Source: Heterodontus francisci (Eukaryota). From it: a DNA stretch of 64,000 nt. Where the stretch lies: NCBI RefSeq assembly GCF_036365525.1, contig NC_090404.1:28604149-28668148 (forward strand), read 5' to 3'. The translations under genes and the position numbers were made by a program. Under the pieces are notes generated by a model. The model saw nothing but the letters and a program-made list of their open reading frames with translations. It was not told the DNA's origin and made no database searches. Below are positions 1 to 13,499 of this stretch, piece by piece. The stretch's first letter is position 1; the number at the start of each line of letters is the position of its first letter.

Positions 1-1985
1 GTTACCTCCTCAAAAAACTCCATCAAGTTAGTTAAACATGATTTTCCCTTAAATCCATACTGGCTTTCCTTAATTAACCCACGTTTGTTCATGTGACTAT
101 TAATTTTGTCCTGAGTTATTTCTGGAATTTTCCCCACCACCGAAGTTAATCTGACTGGCCTGTAGTTGCTGGGCTTATCTTTACACCCTTTTTTGAACAA
201 GGGTGTAACATTTGCAATTCTCCAGTCCTCTGGCACCATCCCCGAGTCTAAGGAAGACTGGAAAATTAGGTCCAGTGCCTCTGCAATTCCCACCCTCACT
301 TCCTTCAGTATTCCTGGATACATCTCAGGTGGTCCTGGTGCTTTATCCACTTTAAGTACAGACAAGCTATCTAATATTTCCTCTTTATCAATTTTAAACA
401 CCTCCAGTGTCTGACTTACTTCCTCTTTCACCATTGCCTGGGTTGCATCTTCTTCCTTGGTAAAGACAGATGCAAAATATTCATTTAATACCTCAGCTAT
501 GTCCTCTACCTCCATGTGTAAATCCCCTTTCTGGTCCCTAATCGGTCCCACTCCTCCTTTTACCATTTATATGCTTTGGAATTTCCTTTAATGCTAGCTG
601 CCAGTCTCTTTTCATGCTCTCTCTTTGCTTCACTTATTTGCTTTTTCACTTCCCCTCTCGAGCTTCTATATTCAGCCTGGTTCTCAATAGTATTTTCCAC
701 CTGGCATCTGTCATAAGTACACTTTTTCTTCTTTATCTTAATCTCTACCTCTTTTGTCATCCAGGAAGCTCTGGATTTGTTTACCCTGCCTTTCCCCTTT
801 GAGAGAACATACCTCGACTGTGCCTGAACTATCTATTCTTTGAAGGTAGTCCATTGTTCATCTACCAGTTTTCCTGCCAGCTTTTGACTCCAATTTATTC
901 GCCCCAGCTCCATTCTTACCCCATTGAAGTTGGCCTTCCCCCAGTTAATTATTCTTACCCTGGATTGCTCTTTGTCCTTTTCCATAGTCAGCCTAAATTT
1001 TCTGATACAATGATCACTCTCCCCTAAATGATCTCCTCCTGACAGTTAATCCACTTGACCCACCTAATTCCCAAGAACCAGGTCCAGTGGTGCCTCCTTT
1101 CTCGTTGGAATAAAAACACACTGCTGTAGAAAAGTTCACGAACACACTCGAGGAACTCTTGCCCCTCACTGCCCTTTACACTACTACTATCCCAGTCTGT
1201 GTTTGGATAATTAAAGTCCCCCAGAATAACTACACTATAATTTTTGCACCTCTCCGTAATTTCCTTGCAGTTGTGTTCCTCCATGTCCTTCCGACTAGTT
1301 GGTGGCCGAAGACAACACTGAGCAATGTAACTGCACCTTTTTTGTTCCTTAGTTCTAGCCAAATTGATTCTGTCCTCAACCTCTGTGGGACATTATTTTT
1401 CTCCAGCACTGCAACGCTCTCCTGAATCAATACTGCCACTCTTCCCCCTCTTTTTCCTTTTCCTATCTTTCCTGAACACTTTTTGTATCCAGGAATATTC
1501 AATACCCAGTCTGGCACTTCTTTGAGTCAGTCTCTGTTATAGCCACAACATCATATTTCCACATGTCAATCTGCACCTGTACCTCACCAATCTTATTAAC
1601 AACATGCCATGCATTCACATACATGCACATTAACCCTGATTCAGACTTTTTCCCTTACTCTGACCCCAGCTCATAACTTACTATTATCTACTCTAGTGCA
1701 ATCTATCTCTCCCAGTATTCTGTGCACCTTGGTATTCCTCTCTAAATATTTCCTCTTGCGTCCTGCACCCCTGCCAAGTTAGTTTAAACCCTCCCCAATA
1801 ACACTACCAAATCGCCCCACAAGGAAATTTGACCCAGCTCTGTTCAGGTGCAACCCGTCCAGCCTGTACAGGTCCCACCTTCTCCAGAACTGGTCCCACT
1901 GTCCCAGGAATCTAAAGCCCTCCCTCTTGCACCATCTTTCCAGCCATGCATTTATCTGCACTATCCTCCTATTTCTACACTCCCA
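1..1985 (-). mobile_element. CR1 LINE fragment (ORF1 SGNH esterase end, APE endonuclease, start of RT), decayed
   Basis: ORF 1779..1961 (WLERWCKREGFRFLGQW...LDGLHLN) is a CR1 ORF1 esterase. ORFs 1230..1517 and 1024..1362 (GDFNYP) are endonuclease pieces. Many stops and frameshifts. Confidence 0.9.
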
Positions 1986-1989
1986 TTTG

Positions 1990-4090
1990 CTTGGGTCAAA
2001 GATAGAACAGGAGTTAGAGTTCTCAATTGGGACAAGGTCAATTTTACTAAACTGAGGAGTGATTTAGTGAAAGTGGATTGGAAACAGCTAGTTGAAAGTA
2101 AATCAGTATCAAAACAGTGGGAGGCATTCAAAGGGGAGATTCAAGGGGTTCAGGGTAAACATGTTCCCACAAAGAAAAAGGGTGGGACGGCCGAATCTCG
2201 AGCTCCCATAATGTCAAGGAGCTTGCAGGGTAAGATAAAGCAGAAAAAGAAAGATTATGCCCGACACCGAGAACTCAATACGACAGAAAGCCGAGAGGAG
2301 TATAGAAAGTGGATGGGTGAAATCAAAAAAGGAAAGCAAAGAGAGGGCATGAAAGAATATTGGCAAGCAAAATGAAGATGAATCCAAAGATGTTTTATTG
2401 GTACATTAAAAGTAATGAGAATAACTAAGGAAAGATTAGGGCCCATAAAAGACCAAAAAGGTAACCCATGTGTCGGGGCGAAAAATGTTTCTTAATGAAT
2501 ACTTTGCATCTGTCTTCATAAAAGAGGGGGATGCTGCAGATATTGTCGTTAAGGAGGCAGAGTGTGAAGCATTGGATGTGATCAACATAGGGAGAGAGGA
2601 AGTATTAATGGGATTAGCATCTTTAAAAGGGAAAAATCACTAAGGCCAGATGAAATGTTTCCTAGGCTGTCAGAAGAAGCCACATAGAGGAAATAGTGCA
2701 AGGCCTGACCATCATTTTCCAGCCCTCACTGAATACAGGTGTGGTATTGGAGGATTGGAGGACTGCTAACATTGTACCTTTGTTGAAAAAGGGAGCAAGG
2801 AATAGATCGAATAATTACAGGCCAGTCAGTCTAACCTCAGTAGTGGGCAAATTATTGGAATCTATCCTGAGAGACAGGATAAACTGTCACTTAGAAAGGC
2901 ACAGGTTAATCAAGGATAGTCAGCAATGGGTTTGTTAAGGGAAGATCTTGTCTGACCAACTTGATCGAATTTTTTGAAGTAGTAACGAGGAAGATAGATG
3001 AGGGTGGTGCAGTTGATGTGGTCGACATGGATTTTAGCAAGGCTTTTGACAAGGTCTCACATGGCAGACTGGTTAAAAAATAAAAGTCCATGGGATCCAG
3101 GGAAATGTAGCAAGATGGATACAAAATTGGCTCAGTGGCAGGAAACGAAGGGTAATTGTTGATGGGTATTTTTGCGACTGGAGAGCTGTTTCCAGTGGCA
3201 TTTCGCAGGGCTCAGTACTAGTTCACCTGCTTTTTGTGCTATATATTAACGATTTGGATATAAATGTAGAGGGCATGATCAAGAAGTTTGCAGATGATAA
3301 CAAGGAGGATAGCTATAGAATGCAGGAAGATATCAATAGACTGGTCAGATGGGCAGAAAAGTGGCAAATGGAATTCAACTCGGAGAAGTGTGAGGTGATG
3401 CATTTGGGGAGGTCAAACGAGGCAAAGGAATGCACGATTAATGGGAGAATACGGAGAGGTGTAGAGGAAGTGAGGGACCTTGGAGTGAATGTCCACAGAT
3501 CCCTGAAGGTAGTAGGACGGGTTGATAAGGTGGTTAAGAAGTTATTATTGGAAGGAATCCTTTCCTTTATTAGCTGAGGTATAGAATACAAGAGCAGGGA
3601 GGTTATGCTAGAACTGTATAACTCATTGGTTAGGCCACAACTTGAGTGCTGTGTGCAGTTCTGGTCACCTCATTACAGAAAGGATGTAATTGCACTATAG
3701 AGGGTACAGAGGAATGCAGCTATGAGGAAAGATTGGATAAGCTGGGATCGTTCTCCTTGCAACAGAGGAGGCTGAGGGGAGATTTGATGGAGATGTACAA
3801 AATTGTGAGGGCAGTTAGAGTGCATGCAAGGGCCTAGTTAGCTTGGCAGAGAGGTCAGTGATGAGGGGGCATAGATTTAAAGTAGTTGGTAGAAAGATCA
3901 GAGGGGGAGATGGAGTGAAGAGGCAGAAAACCCCAACTCATTTTAAAAGGTGTTTAGATGTGCAGCTCAAGTGCTGTAACCTGCAGGGCTATGGACCAGG
4001 AGCTGACAAGTGGGAGTAGGCTGGGTGGCTTGTTTTTTGGCCAGTGCAGACATGATGGGCCAAATGGCCTCTTTCTGTGATTCTATTTCT
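1990..4090 (+). mobile_element. 5'-truncated CR1 LINE (ORF2 linker, RT, 3' UTR), decayed
   Basis: NYRPVSLTSVVGKLLE and KFADD motifs in ORFs 2696..2938 and 3236..3577. Ends in a CR1-type tail (tgattctatttcta) near 4090. Confidence 0.92.
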
Positions 4091-4203
4091 ACAGCTTTGC
4101 GAAGTTTTGCAGTGGAATTGTATTTCAACTAAACAAACGGCTGAAATGAAACATGACCACATAGTTGAACCATCTAGGTTCCTGGGTATAATAGCAGTGT
4201 GGA

Positions 4204-4276
4204 GAGTCTGTAGTGCAGGGGTGATTGTGTTTACTTAACATGTGAAAAGTCCCCGGCTTGAAACCGCAGCGAAACG
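4204..4276 (+). pseudogene. tRNA-Val(AAC) pseudogene
   Basis: 73-nt sequence colinear with vertebrate tRNA-Val (GTTTCCGTAGTGTAGTGG...TAACACGCGAAAGGTCCCCGGTTCGAAACCGGGCGGAAACA). AAC anticodon retained and TTTT follows. Acceptor stem and T-loop are disrupted, and many changes are CpG decays. Confidence 0.85.
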
Positions 4277-4894
4277 TTTTCAAAACGACCGGAACTAATT
4301 CTGAAGAAATATGGAATAATTCACACTGACTGTTAAACGTTACCACAAAACAATCTCTCAAAGCCCTGTTACATTTGCACATTGTGTGCACAATCAAATT
4401 CTGCACAATGCCTTTCATTCGCTTCTGTTTCCAGCTCTGATGGTGCAGAAAGCTCCTCAAATCCTGGATATTCTGGTCGATTTGTGTTAGAATCCTGCAG
4501 CACTAGCTTGGTAACTAACAGCAGATCTAAGCTCCATTTCAGAAGGGGGAAAAAACCCATCAACTATTCACTTTTCCCCGGCTCCACAGTGAGTGAACGA
4601 GGGACAATCAGCAATATTTTGCCCTTCACTGTCCAATCACCCACTGTCAGCAGCAAGTGGCATCTGCAGCCTCAATCAGCGGGTTACTGGCTATTCCTGG
4701 GATGCATCATCACACAACAGTGCAGGTCAAAGCTCCCCATACATTGAGCACAGCCTCAGGAAAATGAAGGCAGATTATATCCTGGTCACTAAACCTCCGA
4801 GCAGCTTTTACAGAATAGCCGAGTGAGTGGAACTTTTATTGAAATTCAATGGAGAATCTCCGGAAACAAGTTTTTTTTCTCAAAGTGATTCCTG

Positions 4895-5400
4895 ACAACG
4901 CAGCAGCCGGCTGACGTCATCAAAGTGCGCCAAGCTGTGCACACGCGCAGCTACATCTTGCCAGGGCTAAGTGGCCTGTGCGCCGGATGACATCATGGCG
5001 CTGCGCCAACGTCATTGCATATCCGCGCTTGGTCCATCTTCGCGCATGCGCGATAAAGCGTCATCAGGTATCCAGCCCCCTACTTGGCTGGAGGAAGTGG
5101 TAGAATGGGAGAGTTTGAGGCTGGAGCTCTTCACCCCCCACCCCCCCAAGGCCTCGACAATTCCTCCCCTCAGTTGCTCGCTCCAGACGTCGATGCCCCA
5201 ACTCCCCTGGCTGATTGTTCCTTGCTTCGCGCCACTCCGTTATGCGACCGCTCGCTCCCTGCTTCCCCCACCCCCCCCTCCCTCGTTTCCAGCCACAGTG
5301 GGGAGGAAGGGGGGAAAGCGAGTTGCCGAGGGGGCAGAGTGGCCAGACAGGCTGGGAGCTAGTAGCTGCGTTCGGGTGAAATCAGTCCTGGTCAGTCATA
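4895..5400. promoter_or_regulatory. CpG-rich promoter-like region with CRE (TGACGTCA) and NRF1-type (GCGCATGCGC) motifs
   Basis: TGACGTCA at ~4912, GCGCATGCGC at ~5042, and local CpG retention in a CpG-depleted background. No linked gene identified. Confidence 0.5.
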
Positions 5401-5765
5401 TAAATGAATCACAATAACCAATTGGCAACACATTTTATACTCTGCCCGATTTTCTTTTCCATCGATCGGGGTGTCAATTCACAATCTTCCAATGGAAAGT
5501 CAATCATAAAATTCCTTTTGTATTTAATAGGATTACTGGAATATTAAATGGATCTGAGGATTACAGTTAGTATCTTATAACTACATAGTAGCATATTATT
5601 GGGCTTCCATCCAACTTCATGTAAGGTTAGTTTGCTAGAACAATCGAGCCATAAGCATTTCCTGTGATAAATTGAGCAGCGCCATCTTTAATCCTGGCAG
5701 CTGCCTGAAGGTCGCAGGCACTGACCTTCCAGTTGAAGAGCCTGCATTTGTGCATGTGCAAGTAC

Positions 5766-5781
5766 TGCGCCACCTAGTGGT
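5766..5781. promoter_or_regulatory. CTCF-binding motif
   Basis: TGCGCCACCTAGTGGT matches the CTCF consensus YGCCMYCTRGTGG. A homologous context recurs at ~58310-58375. Confidence 0.6.
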
Positions 5782-5814
5782 TGCGCTGTCAGCAAACGCA
5801 GCTGTTTCTTTTTA

Positions 5815-8800
5815 AGTTTTAAGGCACAACAAGAGGCCACTTGGCCCATCGTGTCTGTGCCGGCTGAAAAACGATCCAGCTATTCTAATCCCACCTTCCA
5901 GCATTTGGTCCGTAGCCCTGCAGATTAAGGCACTTGAGATGCATATACAGACTCCTTTTGAATGAGATGAGGGTTTCTACCCCAACTACCCTTTCAGGCA
6001 GTGAGTTCCAGATGCTCACCACCCTCTGGGTGAAAAAGCTTTTCCTCATCTCCCTGCCAATCTTTCCACCAATCACTTTAAATCTCTGCCCCCTAGTCAC
6101 TGACCTCTCTGCTCAGGTGAACAGGCCCTTCACCTCCACCCTATTCACGTCCTCAAAATTTTGTACATTTCAATCAGATTTCCTTCAGCTTTCTCTCTTC
6201 CAAGAACAACCCCAGCCTATCCAATCTCTCCTCATAGTGGCATTTTTCCAGTCCTGGCAACATCCTCGTAAATCTCCTCTGTACCCTCTCGAGTGCAATT
6301 CCATCTTTTCTGAGATTAAGTGACCAGAACTGCACACAGTACTCAAGTTGTGGCCTAACCAATGATTTATACAGTTCCAGCATAACCTCCCTGCCCTTAC
6401 ATTCTATATCTCGGCTAATAAAGGAAAGGATTCCATATGCCCTTTTAACCACCTTATCGACTTGTCCTGCTACCATCAGGGATGTGTGAACATTCACCCC
6501 AAGGTCCCTTACTTCCTATACACTTCTCAGTATTTTCCCATTAACCATGAATTCCTTCGTCTTGTTTGACCTCCCCAACTGCATCACCTCACACTTCTCC
6601 AGGTTAAATTCCATTTGCCACTTTTTTGCCCATCTGATCAGACTATCAATATCTTCCTGCAGCCTACAGCTATCCTCCTCGCTATCTACCACACGGCCAA
6701 TCTTTGTGTCAGCCGCAAAGTTCTTAATCATGCCCTCCACATTTACGTCCAAATCATTTATACCACAAGAAGCAGGGGACCCAGTACTGAGCCCTGCACA
6801 ACGCCACTGGAAACAGCCCTCCAGTCGCTAAAACACCCGTCAACAATTACCCTTTGTTTTCTGCCACTGAGCCAATTTTGTATCCACCTTGCTGCATTTC
6901 CCTGGATCCCATGGGATTTTATTTTGTTAACCAGTCTGCCATGTGGGACCTAGTCAAAATCCTTGCTAAAATCTATGTAGACCACATCGACTGCACTACC
7001 CTCATCTATCTTCCTTGCTACTTCTTCAAAAAATTTGATCAAGTTGGTCAAACAAGATCTTCCCTTAACAAATCCATGCTGACTATCCTTGATTAACCTG
7101 TGCCTTTCTAAGTGACAGTTTATCCTGTCTCTCAGAATAGATTCCAATAATTTTCCCACTACTGAGCTTAGACTGCCTGGCCTGTAATTACTCGGTCTAT
7201 CCCTTGCTCCCTTTTTAAACAGAGGTTGAACATTAGCAATTCTCCAACCCTCTGGCACCACACCTGTATCCAGTGAGGACTGGAAAATGATGGACAGACC
7301 CTCTGCTATTTCCTCTCTTGCGTCGTTTAACAGCCTGGGGTACATTACATCCGGCCCTGGTGATTTACCAACTTTCAAGGATGCTGATCCCATTAATACT
7401 TCCTCTCTCCCTATGTTTATCACATCCAATACTTCACACTCTCCTCCTTAACTACAATACCTGCATCGTCCCCCTCTTTTGTGCAGACAGACGCAAAGTA
7501 TTCATTAAGAACAATACCAACATCTTCCGCCCCTAAACATAGGTTACCTTTTTGGTCTTTTATGGCCCGACTCTCTCCTTATTTATCCTCTTACTCGATG
7601 TATTGATAAAACATCTTTGGGTTCACCTTGATTTTGCTTGCCAAAATTCTTTCATGCCCTCTCTTTCCTTACCTAATTTCCTTTTTGATTTCACCCCTCC
7701 ATTTTCTATACTCCTCTCGGCTTTCTGTAGTATTGAGTTGTTGGTGTCACACATAAGCTTTCCTTTCTGCCTTATCTTACCACGTAAGCTCCTTGACATC
7801 CATGGGGCTCTAGATATGGCTGTTCCACCCTTTTTCTTTTTGGGAACATGTTTACTCTGAACCGCTTTGAATGCCTCCCAGTGCTCTGACACAGAGTTAC
7901 CTTCAAGTAGCTGTTTCCAGTCCATTTTCACTAAATCACTCCTCAGTTTCGTAAAATTTGCCTTCCCCCAATTTAGAACTTTACTCCTGTTCTATCTTTG
8001 TCCTTGTCCAGAATAACACTAAAACTATTATGGTCACTATCTCCAAAATGGTCACCCATTACTTCATCCACTCGCCCAGCTTCATTACCAAAAACGAAAT
8101 CGAGAATTGTGTCCCCTCTCGTTGGGCTTGTTTCGTGCTGGCTAAAAAAATTCTCTTGAATGCAGTTCAAGAATTTTATGCCCTTGTGCCCTTCACACTG
8201 TTTGTATCCCAGTTGATATTGGGGTAGTTGAAATCCTCAACTAATATTGTCCTATAGTTTTTGCACTCAGAAATTTGCCTACATATTTGTTCTTTTATCT
8301 CCCTCTCACTATTTGGGGGTAGTGTGGCTACCCCTTTTTTATTTCTGAGCTCCACCCATATAGGCCTCGTTTGATGATTTGTTTAGCAAATCATCCCTCC
8401 TCACAGCTGTTATTGATTCCTTAACTAATAATGCTGCACCCCTTCCTTTTCTTTCCCCCTTTCTATCCTGCCTGAAAACTCTATACTCCGGGATGTTGAG
8501 CTGCCATTCTTGCCCCTCTTTCAGCCAAGTTTCCATTATAGTAATGATATTGTTTTACCACGTGTCTGACTGTGCCCTCAGCTCATCAGTTTTATTTACT
8601 ATACCCCTTGCACTTAAATAAATACCCTTTCACACTGCCAAATTCCTGTGTTGCACACTTTTTAACCTTTGCTTCTTCTGTCTTTCAGAGTCACTCGCTA
8701 ATTTTCTGCTTCCCGTTCCCTGCCCTGAAATTGTCCAATCTAAGACTGCGCTCAGGTTCCCAACCTCCTGCCAGGCTAGTTTAAACCATCCCCAACAGCA

Positions 8801-9800
8801 CCAACAAACCTTCCTGCAAGGATATTTGTCCCGGTCCTGTTCAGGTGCAGACCGTCCAGTTTGTACAGGTGCCACTTTCCCCAGAACCAGTCCCAATGGC
8901 CCAGAAATCTGATGCCCTTCCTCCTGCACCATCTCTCCAGCTGCATATTCATCTGGTGTATTTTCCTATTACTATACTCACTAGCACGTGGCCTTGGGAG
9001 TAATCCTGAGATTACTACCTTTGAGGTCCTGCTTGCTAATCTCATTCCCAACTCCCTAAGCGCAGCCTGCAGGACCTCATCCCTCTTTCTTCCTATATTG
9101 TTGGTACCAATGTGGACCACGACCTCTGGCTGTGCACCCTCACCCTCCATAATGCCCTATAGCCGCTCAGTGATATCCATGACCCTTGCACCAGGGAGGC
9201 AACATACTATCCTGGAATCACATCTGCGACCACAGAAACACCTAACTGTAGAATCCCCTATCACTATTGCTCTCTTGTCCTTTCTCCTCCCTCTCTGCAC
9301 AGCTGAGCCACCCATGGTGCTTTGGTCATGACTCTCACTGCACTCTCCAGAGGAACCCTCTCTCCCCATCAGTACTCAGAACTGAATAGAAAGTGGGATG
9401 CCCCATGGGGACTCATGCACTACCTGCCTTAACCTTATCTGTCCGGCAGCCACCCAGTCCCTCTCTGCCTGCGCTCTCTTAAGCTGCGGGGTGACTACCT
9501 CCTGAAACGTTCTATCCACGTAATTTTCTGCCTTGCGGATGCGATGCAGTGACTCCAGCTGCCGCTCGAGTTCCGAAACTCGAGCTTCTGCAGCCGGTCA
9601 CACTTCCTGCAGATGTGTCTGCCAAGGACACATGGTGTGTCCATGACTTCCCACATTCCACTTGGCCGAGCTGCCTTGCCATTACTTAGCTTTAGAAAAA
9701 AATTACTGCTAATGTAATAAGTAGAATAACTTTGCACAATCGGCTTCTTCCCCTGTACCGTGGAGGCTGAAAAGGCAGAAAAGAAAGACTGCAAAGAGCA
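5815..9800 (-). mobile_element. Near full-length CR1 LINE (ORF1 zinc-finger/leucine zipper and esterase; ORF2 EN-RT), decayed; 5' UTR interrupted by an LTR element
   Basis: ORF1 pieces MWEVMDTPCVLGRHICRKC, IVIGDS and VVVHIGTNN. ORF2 pieces ETWL, SDHN, NYRP and NFAADTK. 3' UTR at ~5820-5900. Confidence 0.93.
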
Positions 9801-10332
9801 TGTAGCCGGATGGCTAACAGCTAAAACTGTGCAAGGCATGAAGGGAAAAGTTGCCAGCTTTACACAAGGACAAGGAGCTGTGAATCAGCTGAAGTCATTG
9901 TTTTCCAGCCTGCTAGGCAGTGTGTGATAAGACATTTTCAATGAGACAGTGAGATGCTGTGATGGTAAGGTTACAGATAAGAATGAAGGCCAGCCGATGT
10001 ATTTTGTTTTGGAACTAAGCAGACAGATGACTCCAAGCCCAGAGTCTACGTGACGAAGAACATTCTCGATGCTGGGAGAAACTGGATAAAAAGGGGAGGC
10101 GGGGAGCCCCAGAAAGGAAGACGACCAGCAGCAGGACCATCACGAAGGGGAACCAGGTCGGCATTCAGTGAAGAGAACCCATCTGAGACTGATCACCTCG
10201 CCTCGCAACGGGCAGTATTTAAATGCAAGCCGTGTGCCTTGTGATTTACTGTAACAAGTAGTTTACCAAGTGAAGTAACGCAGGTGTCTTCTGTCCGCCA
10301 CGTCAGTTGACACCCTAGTTTGAGGGTCAACG
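9801..10332 (+). repeat. 5' LTR
   Basis: Begins TGTAGCCGG and ends GGTCAACG (CA>CG). Direct repeat of 14207-14781. Confidence 0.95.
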
Positions 10333-10335
10333 TTT

Positions 10336-10353
10336 TGGCCTCCCTGGGTGGGC
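10336..10353 (+). promoter_or_regulatory. Primer-binding site complementary to tRNA-Asn 3' end
   Basis: TGGCCTCCCTGGGTGGGC versus TGGCGTCCCTGGGTGGGC (reverse complement of the vertebrate tRNA-Asn(GUU) 3' end): 17/18 match, 3 nt after the LTR. Confidence 0.88.
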
Positions 10354-10383
10354 ACGGTTAAGTGATCGCCTTAAAGTCACACC

Positions 10384-10608
10384 ATGTCCGACCCACAGAC
10401 GTGCCGGACAAACAGCAGAATGATGGATGCCTGTCCAGAGTGGGTGGAGGTGCTCCGGGAGTACCTAAAGCGTAAATGGCCCAAGTGGGTCGAATATGCT
10501 GCTAAGGTCTTTGAGGGTCCGAGATCCATTGGACAGAAACACCAGGAGAGAGAGGCAGTTACTAAGGTGGTGTCTGACTTAAATGAAAAATGTTACAATT
10601 TGCACTAG
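10384..10608 (+). pseudogene. Short gag-position ORF remnant of the LTR element
   Basis: ATG in CACCATG context ~30 nt after the PBS; 74 aa. Assigned by position only, with no diagnostic motif. Confidence 0.4.
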
Positions 10609-13338
10609 TTGGTGTCAGCGAGAAGTAGATAGATTAAAAAGTCAACTTGCCGCCAAACAAGGTATGATATTTCGTGAAATTTCAAGTGTGTTAAAACAAG
10701 TTACTGTGTCTTTTGATTCGAATGTGCGAATGTTGGAAGCTTCCACGAACTAAATGAATGTCCTTGTGCAGCTTGTGTTCTGTAGAACTGACAGTCATTA
10801 ACTCTTTGTTGTCTGGCCTTAATGTTGAAAGTCTGTTACTTGTTCTATTTTTACAAGTGTATATTTTGTGGGAACCTTGAGTCGTGTTTTGGTTGTGAAC
10901 TAGATGAACTGTGTGTTGCTTGGCATCGAGACAGGGAATTTAACACAGATTTTGGTACTTTGAATCCATAACCCCTTACAAGAATCAATTTTCTAAGTTG
11001 TTTTGGAATTGAATGAGTGTGAAAAGTGATTGTTGAGTGTGTTCATTTCAATTTAACATTGTGCACCCGGGAATGGGATATAAAATTGAATTATATTTTA
11101 AGTTAAAGTTTTATTTTATTTTAAAAGTTGGTTTGTAACTGAAAAGGCAATGAACAATTTTCTAAGAGATGAGCTTCAGCCTTGAAGGTCTGACGATGTC
11201 TGGCAGAAATCCAATTTGAAGTTTAAAACACTGCTTTAATTGGAGTTCCAGTTTAAAATCTGTTCTTTTTTTTGGAGTTTAAATTAAAGACATGTTTTAC
11301 TGACTGTTTTAAGTAGCAAATGTCAGGAATTGGATATTGGTTTAAGAGAGAGAAGGACAAACAAAGGAGATATGGGAAAGATTCTGTCTGTTTAAAGTTT
11401 GTTCAAGAAGCTGGTATTAAATCTTTTGTTATAATAATGTTAAATAACTTCTTTAGTTTTTGGCTTTATTACAGTCATTTGAAAAGGCGCCTGACGAAAG
11501 AACAAGAAAAATGATGGAATTTACCTATCTTAAAAAAAAAAAGTACGGGCTATTCTGTTCTGTGTGTAGTTGATAAGTATTATAAGTTAATAAGTCTGAA
11601 TTGAGTTTATACTATTAAGGTTAATTGACCTGTTAAGTTGAAAAAACTGTAAATTTCATTTGTGGCCACAATGAACTTTCAAGTTTATTATGTCAAGTTT
11701 TGAGGGAGTCTTTAATTCCAGACATAAGACTCGCTCATATAACATTGGCAGCTTTCATTTTTTAACGTTTATTGCCGTGAATTAGAATTTGGAATCATCT
11801 TCGTTATATAAAAAATATACTTGGATTACAAACCGCTTACAAAAGATGCTAAAAGTTTGGAAACAATTGGAGTTTAATGTAAAATGCTGTTTTTCCTGAT
11901 GAAGATGCTTTCCTTTGAAGTTGATAATGTTACTAATGATGATGTTGTTTTCAAACCCTAAGGATACCAAAAGAATTGAAAAAATACTGTTTAAAATGGA
12001 GTGTAGTTCTTTTTGATCAGGAAAAAAAGGTTACGTAAAGTGACACAGCTGAGAAGGTTTTGCTCCACCCACTTGGAGCCAAAAAAAAATAACCCCACTG
12101 CAACTATTGTTTTTCCATTTAATCCACCACACAAGTTTTGCATTGCTGAGAGTAAAAATGTATATATATTGGACATTATTAAATCTTAAATTTCTAAATT
12201 GACAGACATAATTGGACAAATTAACCCATTGGGCTCAGGGGCAGAGCCACAATGGATTCTTTCTGTTTTTTTAAAGCAGGTGTCGGCAGGTTCCAAGACC
12301 ACATGAGAACTGATGCCACAGCAAGAGATCCAGCAGCTTTAAGAATTTAAGAACTTAATTGCAGACATCAAATGTCACGGCACAGTCACAATTTGGAATA
12401 AAGGCTTTGCCCTTTCAAAAACTTTTATTTGTTATCTATGAGACAAAGTGCTTGAGAAGGAACGATAGTTGCAAGCATTTCTGTCTTTAATGTAAAAAAA
12501 AAACTATGCAATACCACCAAGCCTGGGCATTAGAAATTGGAAACGATAAACAAAATTCAACTGATATGAGTGGTTATTTGACGCACTCAAAGAGGAATTT
12601 ATTTATTGACATTTAAGGGAATAGTCAAAATTTCATTCAACAAAAAAATGACGAGAAAAGCAGTCCCGGTGGTTCCTGAGTATACAAAAAAAGTTTCCTT
12701 TGGGGAGAAATTATAAATGGAACGTTAACAAAACGTGTCACCCCCAGCAACACTGTTATTTGAAATTGGAATAATTTGAGATGTTGAAAATCCAGTGTAA
12801 TTTAGCAAGTTACTTTTAAGACATGAAAATGTCATCTAAGATAGAGAAAAAAAAAATGGTAATGCCTGGAATCAAATGTGAATGTTTAATTTCTATTTTA
12901 AAGATATTATGAATACTGGACTGTAAGTTTCTCAGGGGCTCAAAATGAAATAGAATTATAATTAATGGGAATTCACAATTAGATCTGGTTGATCCAAGTG
13001 ACTGATCTAAAGGAATTCTGGGGGGGTGTACAAGGGAAGGAGCCAGCAATCAAACCAGAAATCGTCAAATTATTCGGGCAAGAAGCACCAACCCCCACGG
13101 TTACCCCCACATCCGAATCACCAACCAGTAAGGTTACAACCCAGTAGCCACAAGTGACTGATCTCCCTTGCCCTGCCTTAACTGCAGGACCAGAAAATGG
13201 ACTTGTGATAATAAAATTGTATATGATAATACACAGAATTTGGAAAGCGTGGACCAGAAGGTTAGAACTCCCAGCCAGCTTATTATGAGCTCACAGGATC
13301 AAAACTGGACACCGAAATACAAAAGGGGAAGCTAAGGA

Positions 13339-13458
13339 TCACGGGCCAGGGGTCCGTTGTGTAAGTTAGTTAAGGATTCGGGGAATCCTCACGGGCCAGG
13401 GGTCCGTTGTGTAAGTTAGTTAAGGATTCGGGGAATCCTCACGGACCAGGTGTCCGTT
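13339..13458. repeat. 50-bp tandem repeat (2.4 copies) inside the LTR element
   Basis: TCACGGGCCAGGGGTCCGTTGTGTAAGTTAGTTAAGGATTCGGGGAATCC is exact at 13339-13388 and 13389-13438, followed by a partial third copy. Confidence 0.95.
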
Positions 13459-13499
13459 TTGAGGGGGTACTTAGAGGATAAGTGGCCCACAGTACGCTG

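Noticed and set aside
1779-2375. Head-to-head CR1 junction at ~1985 as a twin-priming 5' inversion
   Set aside because: The minus and plus pieces overlap in ORF2 content and look like different subfamilies, so two separate insertions or a deletion junction is simpler.
13170-13215. PCLNCRTRKWTC as a Gag zinc knuckle in the LTR element
   Set aside because: Spacing does not fit CX2CX4HX4C and the frame is short.
13339-13458. Tandem repeats (also 28940-29051 and 46920-47075) as CRISPR-like arrays
   Set aside because: No unique spacers and eukaryotic context; simple tandem duplications.
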